The notes below the pieces were generated by a model. That model worked only from the letters and a program-made list of their open reading frames with translations, was not told where the DNA came from and ran no database searches. Positions 1 through 10,864 of a stretch of DNA of 64,000 nucleotides are shown here, piece by piece (position 1 is the first letter of the stretch; each line of letters begins with the position of its first letter). The position numbers and the translations under genes were made by a program. Source of the stretch: Candidatus Cloacimonadales bacterium. Its GTDB lineage: Bacteria; Cloacimonadota; Cloacimonadia; Cloacimonadales; JAIOQZ01. The DNA lies in the NCBI GenBank assembly GCA_963674825.1, contig OY771587.1, forward strand, positions 960,001 to 1,024,000, read 5' to 3'.

Positions 1-1283
1 TAGAGCGCGAAGAGAATCGGCATCTGAAGAAGCGTGGGAAGGCAGCCGCCGAGTGGACTGACCCCATGCTCCTTGTAGAGCTTCTGGACTTCAGCGTTCA
101 TCGTACGCGGATCGCCTTTATACTTCTGCTGGATCTCTTTGACTTTCGGCTGAATCTTCTGCATTTTCTGCCCGGATTCAAGCGTTTTGTGAGTCAGCGG
201 ATAGACCACGATCTTAATCACGATCGCGAAGATGATAATGTCGATACCGTAGTTCGGAATGAACTTATGCAGCATTTCCAGGAACCACAAAAAGAACTTG
301 CTCAAAAATTGCAGCCACTTCCAGCCGATCTCGGCCAGGTTTTCCATGCCCATGCCGAATTCATCTTCCAACATGCTGGCGATAAGCGGCCCGACAAAGA
401 CCGAGTAGTGGTGCCGAATCTCCCATGGGTGATCCGAGTTATCCACATGGAGCGACATGCCCGGGCTTTCGCCGCGATCGGTAGCATAGAGCTGGTTAAC
501 GTGCAAAAGATTGTCCGGAATCACCGCGATGCCGAAGTACTTGGTGCGAACACCGGCCCAATCGATATTGCCATTGAGTTCACGCGGTTCCTTCATCAGC
601 TTCGAGAGCATGATGCTTTCGATGCTGTTGTCGATCATCGTGACGATTTTGTAGTCGTTCTTCTTGTGCTTGAGATACGCTTCGGTATCGCGTAGTCCGG
701 ATTCGAACGCAAGATTATAGTGCTCGATATCCTGTCCGATATTAACGTTGAAATCGACTTCGAGCCGGTAATCGGCGCTCAGCCGGAAAACTTTTTCTAC
801 CAGTCTGTTGCCGTCATCGTCCGCGAGGAAGAATGTGATACCATTGTCGGTGGTTTCAACCTGGTAGATCATGTTGGCGATATCGATATCGCCTGCACTG
901 GTTTCGATGGGGATGTTCTCGAAGCAGAGCGTGCGCTGCTCTTCGGGAATCAGCTGTACGAACTTTGTCCGGTCCATCGATGGATAGTCTTTCACGACGG
1001 CTTTTGTGATGCATGCGCCCAGGGTTGAAAAAGTTAGCGCAAGCTTGTCGTTTTCCAAAGTAACCAACTCTGCTTCGACGGAAGTATCCATCGCAAGAGC
1101 TCCGGCAGGTTTCCCTGGGATAGAAATCGAATCGGGCGAGACGGTTTCGGCTGTAGCTTCGGCTTGCTGAACGTTTTCAGTGGCGGCTTGATTCTGATTG
1201 TTTTTAGGAGCCCAGATAAATTGGTTGAACAACCAATAGACGATGAAAATCAGTACGATAGCGATGATGGTTCGCTTATCCAA
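1..1283 (-). CDS. yidC: Membrane protein insertase YidC (3' end outside window)
   Basis: Minus-strand ORF read by hand from TTG at 1283 after a GGAGG RBS: MDKRTIIAIVLIFIVYWLFNQFIWAPK...; near the window edge it reads GVSPLGGCLPTLLQMPILFAL. Follows yidD-rnpA-rpmH. Absent from the ORF track because it runs off the edge. Confidence 0.95.
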   Translation of the reverse strand, partial: MDKRTIIAIVLIFIVYWLFNQFIWAPKNNQNQAATENVQQAEATAETVSPDSISIPGKPAGALAMDTSVEAELVTLENDKLALTFSTLGACITKAVVKDYPSMDRTKFVQLIPEEQRTLCFENIPIETSAGDIDIANMIYQVETTDNGITFFLADDDGNRLVEKVFRLSADYRLEVDFNVNIGQDIEHYNLAFESGLRDTEAYLKHKKNDYKIVTMIDNSIESIMLSKLMKEPRELNGNIDWAGVRTKYFGIAVIPDNLLHVNQLYATDRGESPGMSLHVDNSDHPWEIRHHYSVFVGPLIASMLEDEFGMGMENLAEIGWKWLQFLSKFFLWFLEMLHKFIPNYGIDIIIFAIVIKIVVYPLTHKTLESGQKMQKIQPKVKEIQQKYKGDPRTMNAEVQKLYKEHGVSPLGGCLPTLLQMPILFAL

Positions 1284-1295
1284 AATACCTCCAGG

Positions 1296-1514
1296 TCATA
1301 GTAGGGGGTCGTGTCCTCCGGGGTGAAACGGATGGCACTTGAGTATCCTCTTGACTGACAGGAGTAACGCTTTGTGAAACGGGTATTTCTGGAATGCTTG
1401 ATATGCATAAACGCTGCAGGTGGGCGTAAAGCGACACGAGGGAGGAAGAAACGGGGATATTGCCTTTTTATATACGGTTATCGCGAACATCGCGAGCCGA
1501 TTGAATATCCTCAT
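1296..1514 (-). CDS. yidD: Membrane protein insertion efficiency factor YidD
   Basis: [19 protein letters not shown]...[15 protein letters not shown] signature; canonical position. Confidence 0.95.
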   Translation of the reverse strand: MRIFNRLAMFAITVYKKAISPFLPPSCRFTPTCSVYAYQAFQKYPFHKALLLSVKRILKCHPFHPGGHDPLL

Positions 1515-1515
1515 G

Positions 1516-1860
1516 TTACAAACTCTCTCCGGCGAGTCTGGATCCCAGGCGTGAAAAAAATCCGTCCAGTTCGAACGACAGCTCGTTCCAATCTGCTTCC
1601 GCTGCGCCTATGCGCGCGATGATGAGAACCTTTACGGGCAATGTCCATAACTGCCCATGCTCTCGTATAAACGCCCTGATCCGCCGTTTTACCTTGTTTC
1701 GCTTTACTGCCTTACCGACCTTTTTACCTGCAACGATACCTACAAAGAGGTGCGGCGCGGTCCCTTTATAAACAAGAAAAGTGAACCGTCTTCCGGGAAA
1801 CCGCCGATGGTCGGAATAAACCTCGTCAAATTCGTTCCGTTTCCGAATCACTCCATACAT
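1516..1860 (-). CDS. rnpA: Ribonuclease P protein component
   Basis: [18 protein letters not shown] motif; between rpmH and yidD. Confidence 0.95.
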   Translation of the reverse strand: MYGVIRKRNEFDEVYSDHRRFPGRRFTFLVYKGTAPHLFVGIVAGKKVGKAVKRNKVKRRIRAFIREHGQLWTLPVKVLIIARIGAAEADWNELSFELDGFFSRLGSRLAGESL

Positions 1861-1867
1861 TCAAACA

Positions 1868-2002
1868 TCAGACAGTAAGTCTTTTACGTCCCTTGAGTCT
1901 GCGAGCTGCAAGGACCTTGCGTCCGCCCTTGGTTGCCATGCGGGCGCGAAAACCGTGTACGCGTTTCCGACGCGTGTTGTGCGGCTGATATGTTCTTTTC
2001 AT
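1868..2002 (-). CDS. rpmH: 50S ribosomal protein L34
   Basis: Hand translation [44 protein letters not shown] (44 aa, below ORF-track cutoff). Confidence 0.97.
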   Translation of the reverse strand: MKRTYQPHNTRRKRVHGFRARMATKGGRKVLAARRLKGRKRLTV

Positions 2003-2383
2003 GTTTTTATTCTCCTTAAAAATCTACATTCCGGTTCACTTTATACACATTGCTGTGATGAGCTTGAAAAAAATTACAGCCGCTTTTGTGTCAAGCATTT
2101 AATCACACATGCCAACGAATCTCTCTGTCCGACATCGGTTTATTTCAATTCATCGCAGCTGCTAAGCTTGTTGAACATGTATACGAGGTCGAAATGATCA
2201 TCATACGCTGCAACACTTTTATAGTAGAAAACCTGACCCAATTTTCGATACAGAAAAAGATAGAATCACTTTCTTTGTGCAGAAGTGGGTTGACAGGAGT
2301 TTTTTCCTCAACATTTTCTTGTATCGAACGATAAAAGCGTGTCACATGAATTTTTGATCAATAATCGAATAAAGGAGTAAACC

Positions 2384-4267
2384 TTGAAAACTACAGTATT
2401 ACCCCCGCATGGAGGCATGGGTTTAATCGACAGAATGATGCCGGAATTCGAAAGGGATTCGATTCTGGCGCAAGCTTCAAAACTCAAATCGTATACAATC
2501 AGTGACGCGGACCTTTCGATGTTTTACCGGATCGCCGACGGCGCACTCTCGCCGCTGGAAGGCCCGATGTGTAAAACCGAATTCAACCGTGTCCTGGAAG
2601 AAGAAGTCATTGAGCGCAACGGCAAGAAATACGCATGGACGATCCCGGTGGCGTTTCCGGTTTATAAAGCGGATGCGGATCAGTACACGATCGGTCACAA
2701 GATCGTGGTGAAGACCGAGCAGGGCGTTGTCGCCGGACTGCTCCAGGTTGAGGACATCTACCCGTTCGATAAAGATTTCTACAATCTCAAGGTTTACGGC
2801 ACCGACCGCAAGGATCACCCCGGTCCGCGCATCGTCAATGATGATCCGCGCGATTACCTTCTGGGCGGAAAGATCTGGGCGCTGCCTCAGTTACAGCAAA
2901 AACCCTACGACAAATACATGCTCTCGCCGATCCAGACCCGGTCGCTCTTCAAGGAACGCGCGTGGGAACGAACCGTCGCTTTCCAGACCCGCAACGCACT
3001 GCATCGCGCTCACGAATACGCGATCGTCTGGGCGATGGAGAAACTGACTCGCGAAGGCCATTTCACTGGAGCGATTCTCAATCCACTTGTAGGCGCAACC
3101 AAGCAGGATGACGTCCCCGCCGACATCCGCATGGAGACCTACGAAGCATTGCTCAAGAACCGTGCTCTTGGTGAAGGCGACATGGACGAACAGCTCTGGA
3201 AAGATATGGGCTATACACTCGCCGATCAGCTTGTGCTTATCGGGCTGGATGTTAAAATGTTCTATGCAGGTCCGAAAGAAGCGATCATGCACGCCATCTA
3301 CCGTCAGAACTACGGATTTACCGACATTATAATCGGTCGGAAGCATGCCGACGCACCGTTTGACGACGGCACTCCTGCCTGGGGTGACTTCGATGCACAC
3401 GATAAATTCGACAATCCCAACGGTGAGCTACAGATCCAGCCAGTTAAGGTGGGATTTGCGGCTTATTTTGAGGAACTGGGAAAAGTCGCGCTCATCGAAG
3501 ACAATAAGGACAAGGGTTATCACACCATATCCATTGCCGGAAAGGTGTTGCGCCAGAAGCTTCAGAATCAGGAGCCGATCGATACGCGCGTCATGCACAA
3601 GCCGGTCGCGGACATCCTTACCGACTTCTATCAGCAGCGAGCGCGCGAAGAGAAGAAGGAGATCAAGTCCACCAACATCACCTGGCACACGAGCGGTATT
3701 TCGAAGGTCGATCGCGAGAAGCGCAACAACCACAAGGGTGTCGTTATCTGGCTGACAGGGCTTTCCGGTTCCGGGAAATCGACCATCGCCATGAACCTGC
3801 AATCGGTCCTCTTCGAGATGGGTTGTCATACCTACGTCCTTGACGGCGATAACGTACGCCACGGACTCAACCGCAACCTCGGCTTCTCACCCGAGGATCG
3901 TGACGAGAATATCCGCCGCATCGGCGAGGTAGCCAAGCTCTTTGCCGACGCAGGTACCATTGTGATTACCGCTTTCATCTCGCCCTATCGTCAGGGTCGT
4001 GACGAAGCGCGCTATATGATGGAACGCGGCGATTTCTTCGAGGTTTACGTAAACGCACCGGTACCGGTCTGCGAACATCGTGATCCGAAGGGACTTTACA
4101 AGAAAGCGCGCCAAGGTATCATCAAGGAATTTACCGGTATCTCCGCACCTTACGAAGAACCGCTGAATCCTGAGTTCGTACTCGACACCGAACATTACAG
4201 CGTCGAGGAATGCACGCAGCAGATTCTGGAAAAACTCATTGAAACGAAAGTGGTCAAGCGCTCGTAG
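2384..4267 (+). CDS. sat/cysC: Bifunctional sulfate adenylyltransferase / adenylyl-sulfate kinase (Sat-CysC fusion)
   Basis: [14 protein letters not shown] and [18 protein letters not shown] (ATP sulfurylase); [29 protein letters not shown] (APS kinase). Confidence 0.93.
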   Translation: MKTTVLPPHGGMGLIDRMMPEFERDSILAQASKLKSYTISDADLSMFYRIADGALSPLEGPMCKTEFNRVLEEEVIERNGKKYAWTIPVAFPVYKADADQYTIGHKIVVKTEQGVVAGLLQVEDIYPFDKDFYNLKVYGTDRKDHPGPRIVNDDPRDYLLGGKIWALPQLQQKPYDKYMLSPIQTRSLFKERAWERTVAFQTRNALHRAHEYAIVWAMEKLTREGHFTGAILNPLVGATKQDDVPADIRMETYEALLKNRALGEGDMDEQLWKDMGYTLADQLVLIGLDVKMFYAGPKEAIMHAIYRQNYGFTDIIIGRKHADAPFDDGTPAWGDFDAHDKFDNPNGELQIQPVKVGFAAYFEELGKVALIEDNKDKGYHTISIAGKVLRQKLQNQEPIDTRVMHKPVADILTDFYQQRAREEKKEIKSTNITWHTSGISKVDREKRNNHKGVVIWLTGLSGSGKSTIAMNLQSVLFEMGCHTYVLDGDNVRHGLNRNLGFSPEDRDENIRRIGEVAKLFADAGTIVITAFISPYRQGRDEARYMMERGDFFEVYVNAPVPVCEHRDPKGLYKKARQGIIKEFTGISAPYEEPLNPEFVLDTEHYSVEECTQQILEKLIETKVVKRS

Positions 4268-4293
4268 CGTCGATCATCTCGAATAGATTCAAT

Positions 4294-4332
4294 ACCGCCC
4301 TGGGATTCGTCTCCGGGCGGTTTTCTTTTTTC
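4294..4332 (+). terminator. Rho-independent terminator
   Basis: accgccc...gggcggt hairpin followed by a T-run after the sat stop. Confidence 0.75.
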
Positions 4333-4449
4333 TCATAGAATAATATGTATACTTACTCGGCAACTCGGGGATAGAGATACAGCTTCATCCAAAAATTTTC
4401 TTTACGTTTTACAAAGACCGATTATCGTATGGCGTGGAGGTACTCGGGA

Positions 4450-6090
4450 ATGAAAATTATATTTGCTTTGTTCCTTGTTTTAGTATCCATACCCGTCCTT
4501 GTGGCAGTACAGTCGGTTGATTCAACGGTGGTCGTACCCCAACCTATTCTTGTGATCCAGCCGGACAGCAGCGCATTCATCGCGAAGAAAGATACCCTCT
4601 TCTGGCTCTATGGTTCGGAAGGATCATTCCAGGTGGAAGAGCGAATCGATCAGCTTGACAAGAAGCTGAACAAAGAGGTCCGCTGGAGAAAGAAACCGTT
4701 CATCAACCTGCATTCGATCGAAAAGGGTGGTAGATTCTATATTGCCGACAGCACAAGGCTCCTGCTATCCATCACACCCACCGACGCACAAAAGCACGGG
4801 CTCGACCGTCAATCACTGGCAGATACCCTTATCTCCATCCTGACTCGCAAGAATCAGGAATACCTCGGACATTCGCGCATTTTCAACATTATTAAAGACA
4901 TTCTTATCACGCTGGCGTTATCGGTTCTCCTCGTCGGCGTATATTGGTATATCATCAAATTCTTACGCTTTTTCTTCAAAAAGATCCGTAAATGGCTGGC
5001 GCGCGAAAATAACCGGATTATCCGCAGCATCCGGCTGAAAAATATCGAGATCCTCTCGGCTGAGCGAATGCGAATGCTGCTTATCTATACGGTGAAGCTG
5101 ATCAGCATCGTGGTCTATTTTGTGATCAGTTATACATTCCTCACTACGCTGATCGCCACCATTCCAGGTACCAAGCCCATTACCGACAAACTGTATTCAT
5201 TCATCCTGACACCGCTCAAGATGATATGGAGTTCGTTCATCCATTTCATCCCAAATCTCTTCTTCATCCTGGTCATCATTGCAGTATTCCACTATATGAT
5301 GCGGTTGTTGAAGTTCCTCGCAAAAGAGGTCGAGATCGGAAACTTGAAGATACCCGGATTCTACCCTGACTGGTCACGGCAAACCTACCTGATCGTAAGG
5401 TTCCTGGGCATGGCTTTCGTTATCGTGGTGGTATTCCCATACCTACCCGGCTCCAATTCACCGGCGTTCAAGGGTGTCTCTATCTTTCTGGGTATCCTTT
5501 TCTCGCTGGGATCATCCACAGCCATCACCAACATGGTTGCCGGACTGGTTATAACCTACATGCGACCATATGTTGTGGGCGACTGGGTAAAAATAGCCAA
5601 TACTTTGGGCGTGGTTACTGAGAAAAATCTGCTGACCACTCGCCTCAGAACTCCCAAAAATGAAGAGATCTCCATCCCGAATTCGACGATCCTGACCAAT
5701 CAAGTGCAGAACTACTCTTCGCTGAATAGCGAATTTGGGCTGATACTCTACACCACCGTCACCATCGGCTACGACGTCCCCTGGCGACAGGTACATGAAC
5801 TGCTGATCTCCGCTGCCGAGAAGACCATCGGCGTGTCGAAAAAGAAGAAGCCGTTCGTGCTCCAAAAAAGCCTGGACGACTTCTACATCAGTTACGAACT
5901 GAATGCATATACCACATCACCGGACAAGATGGCATTGACCTACTCCAATCTGCATCAGAATATCCAAGATAGTTTCAATGCAGCCAATGTGGAGATCATG
6001 TCTCCGCATTATCGTGCCGAACGTGATGGAAACGCTTCCACAGTGATTCCTCCTGAAGAGGTGCCTGTAAAAATTTTGCCGAAGCAATAA
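4450..6090 (+). CDS. Mechanosensitive ion channel MscS family protein
   Basis: FSLGSSTAITNMVAGLVITYMRPYVVGDWV, IPNS, TIGYDVPW motifs; start chosen after GGAGG. Confidence 0.88.
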   Translation: MKIIFALFLVLVSIPVLVAVQSVDSTVVVPQPILVIQPDSSAFIAKKDTLFWLYGSEGSFQVEERIDQLDKKLNKEVRWRKKPFINLHSIEKGGRFYIADSTRLLLSITPTDAQKHGLDRQSLADTLISILTRKNQEYLGHSRIFNIIKDILITLALSVLLVGVYWYIIKFLRFFFKKIRKWLARENNRIIRSIRLKNIEILSAERMRMLLIYTVKLISIVVYFVISYTFLTTLIATIPGTKPITDKLYSFILTPLKMIWSSFIHFIPNLFFILVIIAVFHYMMRLLKFLAKEVEIGNLKIPGFYPDWSRQTYLIVRFLGMAFVIVVVFPYLPGSNSPAFKGVSIFLGILFSLGSSTAITNMVAGLVITYMRPYVVGDWVKIANTLGVVTEKNLLTTRLRTPKNEEISIPNSTILTNQVQNYSSLNSEFGLILYTTVTIGYDVPWRQVHELLISAAEKTIGVSKKKKPFVLQKSLDDFYISYELNAYTTSPDKMALTYSNLHQNIQDSFNAANVEIMSPHYRAERDGNASTVIPPEEVPVKILPKQ

Positions 6091-6178
6091 TATCGTTGCA
6101 CCCTGCGTGGGAATTTATCTTGCCTGTAACGCTCGACCTCAGGACGAGTACACATCACTTGAATTAAAGGAGGTAACT

Positions 6179-8248
6179 ATGAAATATTTGATGACCATTT
6201 TTACGCTATTATGCCTCACCGCGGCGTTTGCTGGCGAGATGACGCCTGAAGGCGTTTTCAAAGCTGAATCGCAACTGAGCTTCAAAACGCAAACAAGACA
6301 TCGTGACGCACCCTCTTATGTTGTCTCAGTACCACCGGTTGATGTTCAGACAACATACTACGACTACATGCCGGGTAGTTACATCGCCAATCCGATCCAG
6401 TTTCAACGGATGGAAGATGGTGGCCTATACCTGACGTTCCACGCTCGTGAGACTGCCAGCGCAACCAGAAGGCAATACATCGCCTATATCAACCCGGACG
6501 GAAGCCTCAACAGTGTTAACTACGTATCTTCGGCCGACGCTTCGGAAGGATACGGTTCGATCGACCTTGATTTCGATACGCAAGATCCAGTTTTTTCTTA
6601 CCATGTCGATTTCGGACAACCATCCATGACTGTGGATGGCGGGTATGATGTATGGCATCTGCTGCAAACGCCGGGACTCATCTCCACACCTTACACTGTC
6701 GTCGATAACGCTGCCATTGCTGGAATCCAGACACCGTTCTCGGACGACCTCTTCGGCTGGCCATACACTTTTGTCATGAAATCACCAACGTACGACACCG
6801 ACGGAAAGCGCCGTATGTTCGTTTTCTCATCGAACAACACCACCCATAGTACAGACCCATCCGAAAACGTGCTCATCGCCTGGGTAGATTACATAACGAC
6901 AGATATCGAAGTCGGTAACATCCACAGCATGGAATGGAATTACACGACCATCGAGATGCTGGATGAATACAACGCCGGACCCGTATGGGGACGCTATCAG
7001 AAGGGTATCGCGATAACCGAAGATGGGAAAATCGGTATGATCGGCTACCTGAATGCGAATGATATCGAAGGAGCCGGCTCCGAAATGCTGGTGATATACA
7101 ACGATAATTACGGCGAAGGCGAATGGCAGATTTTCGAGCATGAGCTCGCCTACTATGTCGATAATCCGGAGAATGAAGACGGCACGGAATTCTTCGCTTC
7201 CGACGGAGCTGATATCTATTTCGATCTGGTCAACAGCAGCCACCCGCAGGCGATGTTCGATGCCGAGGGAACCCTCCACTTTATCGGCAACATGGTGCTT
7301 GGATACCAGAACGCGGACGAAGAACATATGCTGTGGCAGTATTTCAGCTATGTGAAAGACATCGCGTTCAATCCGGAATATGAAACATGGGATTTCAAAG
7401 ACCTCTATCCTCAGAGCACATCCGAAGAAGCCACCTATCCCTATCTTCCATGGGACGAGGATCAGGACGGGAATGTGGATGAATTTTCCGACGATGGAAA
7501 CGTAACTTACAATCCTGGCTGGCCCATCTGGTTTTACGACTGGGATACAGCCTTCCATGAGAACACTTTCAAGTTCTGTTCGAATGTGGAAGACGATCTC
7601 TATGCTGCCGTTTGGCACGATGGACTCAAGAGTCTGCTGTACAATGACGCTGCGGATGAAGAATACGCAGATTGGGCAACTGCCCCCGAAATCATGATCT
7701 CGATCAAGTTCATGGACAATGACTGGTACGAACCGATCCGGCTCAACGCGCTGGAGGTTCCCGAACTCGAAGGCATGACGCCGGTTTATGTCTATCCCGC
7801 GGATTACATCGAATATGTTGGTGGGGGGTTCTGGCGCATTCACCTCTTCTTCCTGGACGATAACAGCTTTGGCAGCTTCATTCAGGGGTTTGGTGCAAAT
7901 GATGGCGGCATGCTCAAGTATATGGCTATCGATGTAGCGCTGCTTACACCGGTAAGCGACGCTCCAGAAGTAACAGCACTCGAACTGGATAATTACCCCA
8001 ATCCGTTCAACCCCGAGACAACGATTCAATTCGATATCCCGAACCACGCGCAGACAAAACTCAGCGTGTACAACGTTCGCGGCCAATTGGTGAAGACACT
8101 CATCGATCAACCGATGGATGCTGGACAGCACAATGCGGTTTGGAATGGTCAGGATAACAGCGGCAAACCTGTCTCGAGCGGTGTGTATCTCTATCGCCTC
8201 GAAGCTGGAAAGCAGGTTATCACAAGAAGGATGCTGCTATTGAAGTAG
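6179..8248 (+). CDS. Secreted protein with C-terminal FlgD-Ig / T9SS type-A-like sorting domain
   Basis: Signal peptide MKYLMTIFTLLCLTAAFA after AAGGAGG; C-terminus NYPNPFNPETTI...GKPVSSGVYLYRL...RMLLLK. Confidence 0.85.
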   Translation: MKYLMTIFTLLCLTAAFAGEMTPEGVFKAESQLSFKTQTRHRDAPSYVVSVPPVDVQTTYYDYMPGSYIANPIQFQRMEDGGLYLTFHARETASATRRQYIAYINPDGSLNSVNYVSSADASEGYGSIDLDFDTQDPVFSYHVDFGQPSMTVDGGYDVWHLLQTPGLISTPYTVVDNAAIAGIQTPFSDDLFGWPYTFVMKSPTYDTDGKRRMFVFSSNNTTHSTDPSENVLIAWVDYITTDIEVGNIHSMEWNYTTIEMLDEYNAGPVWGRYQKGIAITEDGKIGMIGYLNANDIEGAGSEMLVIYNDNYGEGEWQIFEHELAYYVDNPENEDGTEFFASDGADIYFDLVNSSHPQAMFDAEGTLHFIGNMVLGYQNADEEHMLWQYFSYVKDIAFNPEYETWDFKDLYPQSTSEEATYPYLPWDEDQDGNVDEFSDDGNVTYNPGWPIWFYDWDTAFHENTFKFCSNVEDDLYAAVWHDGLKSLLYNDAADEEYADWATAPEIMISIKFMDNDWYEPIRLNALEVPELEGMTPVYVYPADYIEYVGGGFWRIHLFFLDDNSFGSFIQGFGANDGGMLKYMAIDVALLTPVSDAPEVTALELDNYPNPFNPETTIQFDIPNHAQTKLSVYNVRGQLVKTLIDQPMDAGQHNAVWNGQDNSGKPVSSGVYLYRLEAGKQVITRRMLLLK

Positions 8249-8274
8249 TGGAAACAGAAGATCAACTTTTGCAG

Positions 8275-8300
8275 GGCAGGTGTAGCAACCTGCCTTTTCT
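8275..8300 (+). terminator. Probable Rho-independent terminator
   Basis: ggcaggt-gtagca-acctgcc hairpin followed by tttt. Confidence 0.6.
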
Positions 8301-8436
8301 ATTTGCATAGGCTTAGAAGTTGGCGTAGAAGAAAGGGTTCGATTCCACAGCCATGACGGTAATCAACGCTTTCGCCGCGATCGCCGAGAATAGTAGTGTA
8401 AATATATACGTCACCCTAAGATAGAGCCAGAGATTT

Positions 8437-9417
8437 TTACTGCTTCGGATACGCTTGAATAAACGATTCATAAATGAATTCTCCTAATTTATAATTACCA
8501 CTTTCGTTCAGATGTCCTACACCCTTCAATCGATTTTCTGATCCTGAAATCTCAGCAGAATTGAAGAAGAGGATTCCTTCAGTATTACAAAAATCGCGTA
8601 GTAATTTATTTTCAAGCTCATTCTGACTAAAGAATACAAGCATGAAATCATGCCCATAATCCTTCTGGAATTGTAATAATGTAGCCTTTAAACCTTCAGG
8701 TAGCACGGATACTTGTTCAGAATCATCCTCGCTCCCTACATTATCTGTATTATCATCGACAACGTTGCCTTTGAAACGTTTTGCGTAATTATAACAAAGA
8801 GAAGCAAGACTCGATCGGCTACAAATCGCTTCAACTATCAGTCGAGCTTTTGAGAAGGGAAAATTCTCGCCAAAGTGATCCGGTAGATCAAACGACAAAG
8901 GCTGTTCGTGACGAGAGAGCCATTTAGTACGTAAATGCTCTAGGGCAAGCACAACTTTATCAGGCTTACGGTACTTTTGAGTGAAGAGTTTAACACGAAA
9001 GTATGCCATATAAGGATCATGTCCGGATGCTCCAAGATTGAATACAGAATACTGGGGATTATATTCCTGGAGTTTACGATTGAATACCGCAGCAGCCGTT
9101 TTCCTGATCGGAACCTGATACGCCTCAATATATGACGATCCGGCAAGAAAAACCAGCTTTGTATTATCAGCTAAGTTTACTTCCGGACCATGAATGCCAA
9201 CATTGTTACGCCAGAAACGCTTGTAACCTGCTTCGATATTGAGATACTTCGAGTTCGGCTCATACATGTATACTTTGTGGTAGGAATGCCCCTTTGGGAA
9301 AAAGTAAATCGGCTTCCTAACTGGCTGTGGCGGATATAACACAATGAAGCGAAGAATAAGTTCCACTGTAATCAACGCGGTAATGATACCCAGTAGAAAA
9401 AGAACCATTTTTCTCAT
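8437..9417 (-). CDS. Membrane-anchored SGNH/GDSL-like protein (AlgJ/PatB-like)
   Basis: N-terminal TM; LAGSSYIEA, NLGASG, GHLNESGN; overlaps the MBOAT stop. Confidence 0.6.
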   Translation of the reverse strand: MRKMVLFLLGIITALITVELILRFIVLYPPQPVRKPIYFFPKGHSYHKVYMYEPNSKYLNIEAGYKRFWRNNVGIHGPEVNLADNTKLVFLAGSSYIEAYQVPIRKTAAAVFNRKLQEYNPQYSVFNLGASGHDPYMAYFRVKLFTQKYRKPDKVVLALEHLRTKWLSRHEQPLSFDLPDHFGENFPFSKARLIVEAICSRSSLASLCYNYAKRFKGNVVDDNTDNVGSEDDSEQVSVLPEGLKATLLQFQKDYGHDFMLVFFSQNELENKLLRDFCNTEGILFFNSAEISGSENRLKGVGHLNESGNYKLGEFIYESFIQAYPKQ

Positions 9418-10541
9418 CTGAACCACATCCAGCCAATTGTAACAAACGTGAATGTAACCAGCCCCATCAGGATCTGATAGCTCATCGCTTTGGGTGTCTT
9501 GATCTTACGCTGGCGCTTGTAATTCACCCAAAGCTGATACACAGCGATACCCACGCCGTGCCAGATTCCCCAATACATGAAGTTCCATGCTGCGCCATGC
9601 CACAAACCGCATGCAGCCATCGTGATGATCGGCACGCATACCAGAGACCAGAACTTTTTCCGGCTCACACGGCTCAGCGGGAAGAAAAGGTAATCCCGAA
9701 TCCACTCCGACAACGATATGTGCCAGGTAGCCCAAAAGCGACTCATGTTGGTACGGAAATAGGGATTATTGAAGTTCTCCATGATCTTCAAGCCCATAAT
9801 CCGTGAAGAACCGATCGCGATATCTGAATAACCCGCGAAGTCAGCATATATCTGAATGGAATACCCCAACAAAGCGACGATTCGCAGCCAGATTGACGCG
9901 CTGTCCCACCAGGGTTGAATGAAATAGCCAATCCAGTCGGCAATAACCAGTTTCTTGAACAAACCGTACACGATTCGCTGGAAACCGTACCAAACGTTCT
10001 GCCAGCTCTGGTGGTTCTCCTGCATCTGTGGTTGAAACCGTGAGAACCTCTCGATAGGCCCCGCAACGAAGATAGTGAACAGCGAACTATAGCTGAGAAG
10101 CTCGAAAAACGTACCGCGTTTGGTGATCTTCCAGTTGAGATCAGCAAGATAGCTGATGTGTTTGAAGGTCAGATAGGAAATACCCAACGGCAGAAGCAGA
10201 TTCTCAATTTTAAAATCGGGAAGGCTGGACACGAATTGAGTTAGTTGACTCAGTGTTCCGGTAAGCAGTCCGAGGTATTTGAAGACAATCAACGAACCGA
10301 GTACGCCCAGGATGCCGATTTTCAGGAAAACTGGTTTTTTAAAACGCTCCAGAAGCCAGGCAAACAAATACGTCCAGATCGTCAGACACACCGTAACAAT
10401 GGCTGCCGATCGATCCAGATAGGCGATAAATCCCAGACTCGCAACGCTCAGGAACGCAGCCCGTACGTGTCGCCATGGAATTGCGCGAAACAAGAGGGCA
10501 ACCAAGATCAGATAGGCGAAAAAATGAATGCTAACGATCAT
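9414..10541 (-). CDS. MBOAT family O-acyltransferase (AlgI/DltB-like)
   Basis: LPLGISYLTF, AGPIER, DFAGYSDIAIG, ENFNNPY, FWATWHISLSEWIRDY, GLWHGAAWNF. Confidence 0.92.
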   Translation of the reverse strand: MIVSIHFFAYLILVALLFRAIPWRHVRAAFLSVASLGFIAYLDRSAAIVTVCLTIWTYLFAWLLERFKKPVFLKIGILGVLGSLIVFKYLGLLTGTLSQLTQFVSSLPDFKIENLLLPLGISYLTFKHISYLADLNWKITKRGTFFELLSYSSLFTIFVAGPIERFSRFQPQMQENHQSWQNVWYGFQRIVYGLFKKLVIADWIGYFIQPWWDSASIWLRIVALLGYSIQIYADFAGYSDIAIGSSRIMGLKIMENFNNPYFRTNMSRFWATWHISLSEWIRDYLFFPLSRVSRKKFWSLVCVPIITMAACGLWHGAAWNFMYWGIWHGVGIAVYQLWVNYKRQRKIKTPKAMSYQILMGLVTFTFVTIGWMWFR

Positions 10542-10548
10542 GAGATGA

Positions 10549-10779
10549 TCAGTACCTTTCGATGATTTCGATCATCTGCTTGACGGTATCGAATGATTCC
10601 GCAGTGATAACCGGTGCAGGTACCCTTTTCCCGAACTCTGTCTCGATAAACTGCTGAAGCGACACCAGCGAAAAGGAATCGATCAATCCCGATGAGATCA
10701 ACTTCGTATCTTCGTCGATGACGACATCGTCGTCTTCCACAAACTCGTCATAGATAAATTCAATCAGTTTCTCTTTCAT
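10549..10779 (-). CDS. Acyl/aminoacyl carrier protein (DltC-like)
   Basis: 76 aa acidic protein; LISSGLIDSFSLVSL phosphopantetheine site. Confidence 0.88.
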   Translation of the reverse strand: MKEKLIEFIYDEFVEDDDVVIDEDTKLISSGLIDSFSLVSLQQFIETEFGKRVPAPVITAESFDTVKQMIEIIERY

Positions 10780-10864
10780 AGAATTCTCCTTTGGATGAAA
10801 CCTTCAATCCTCTTTCTTTGCCTTTCTGTCAAGACTTTCCTGTGGTCTTGATGTCAATGCATTT

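Noticed and set aside
66..1028. Plus-strand ORFs 66..695 and 720..1028
   Set aside because: Antisense shadows of yidC
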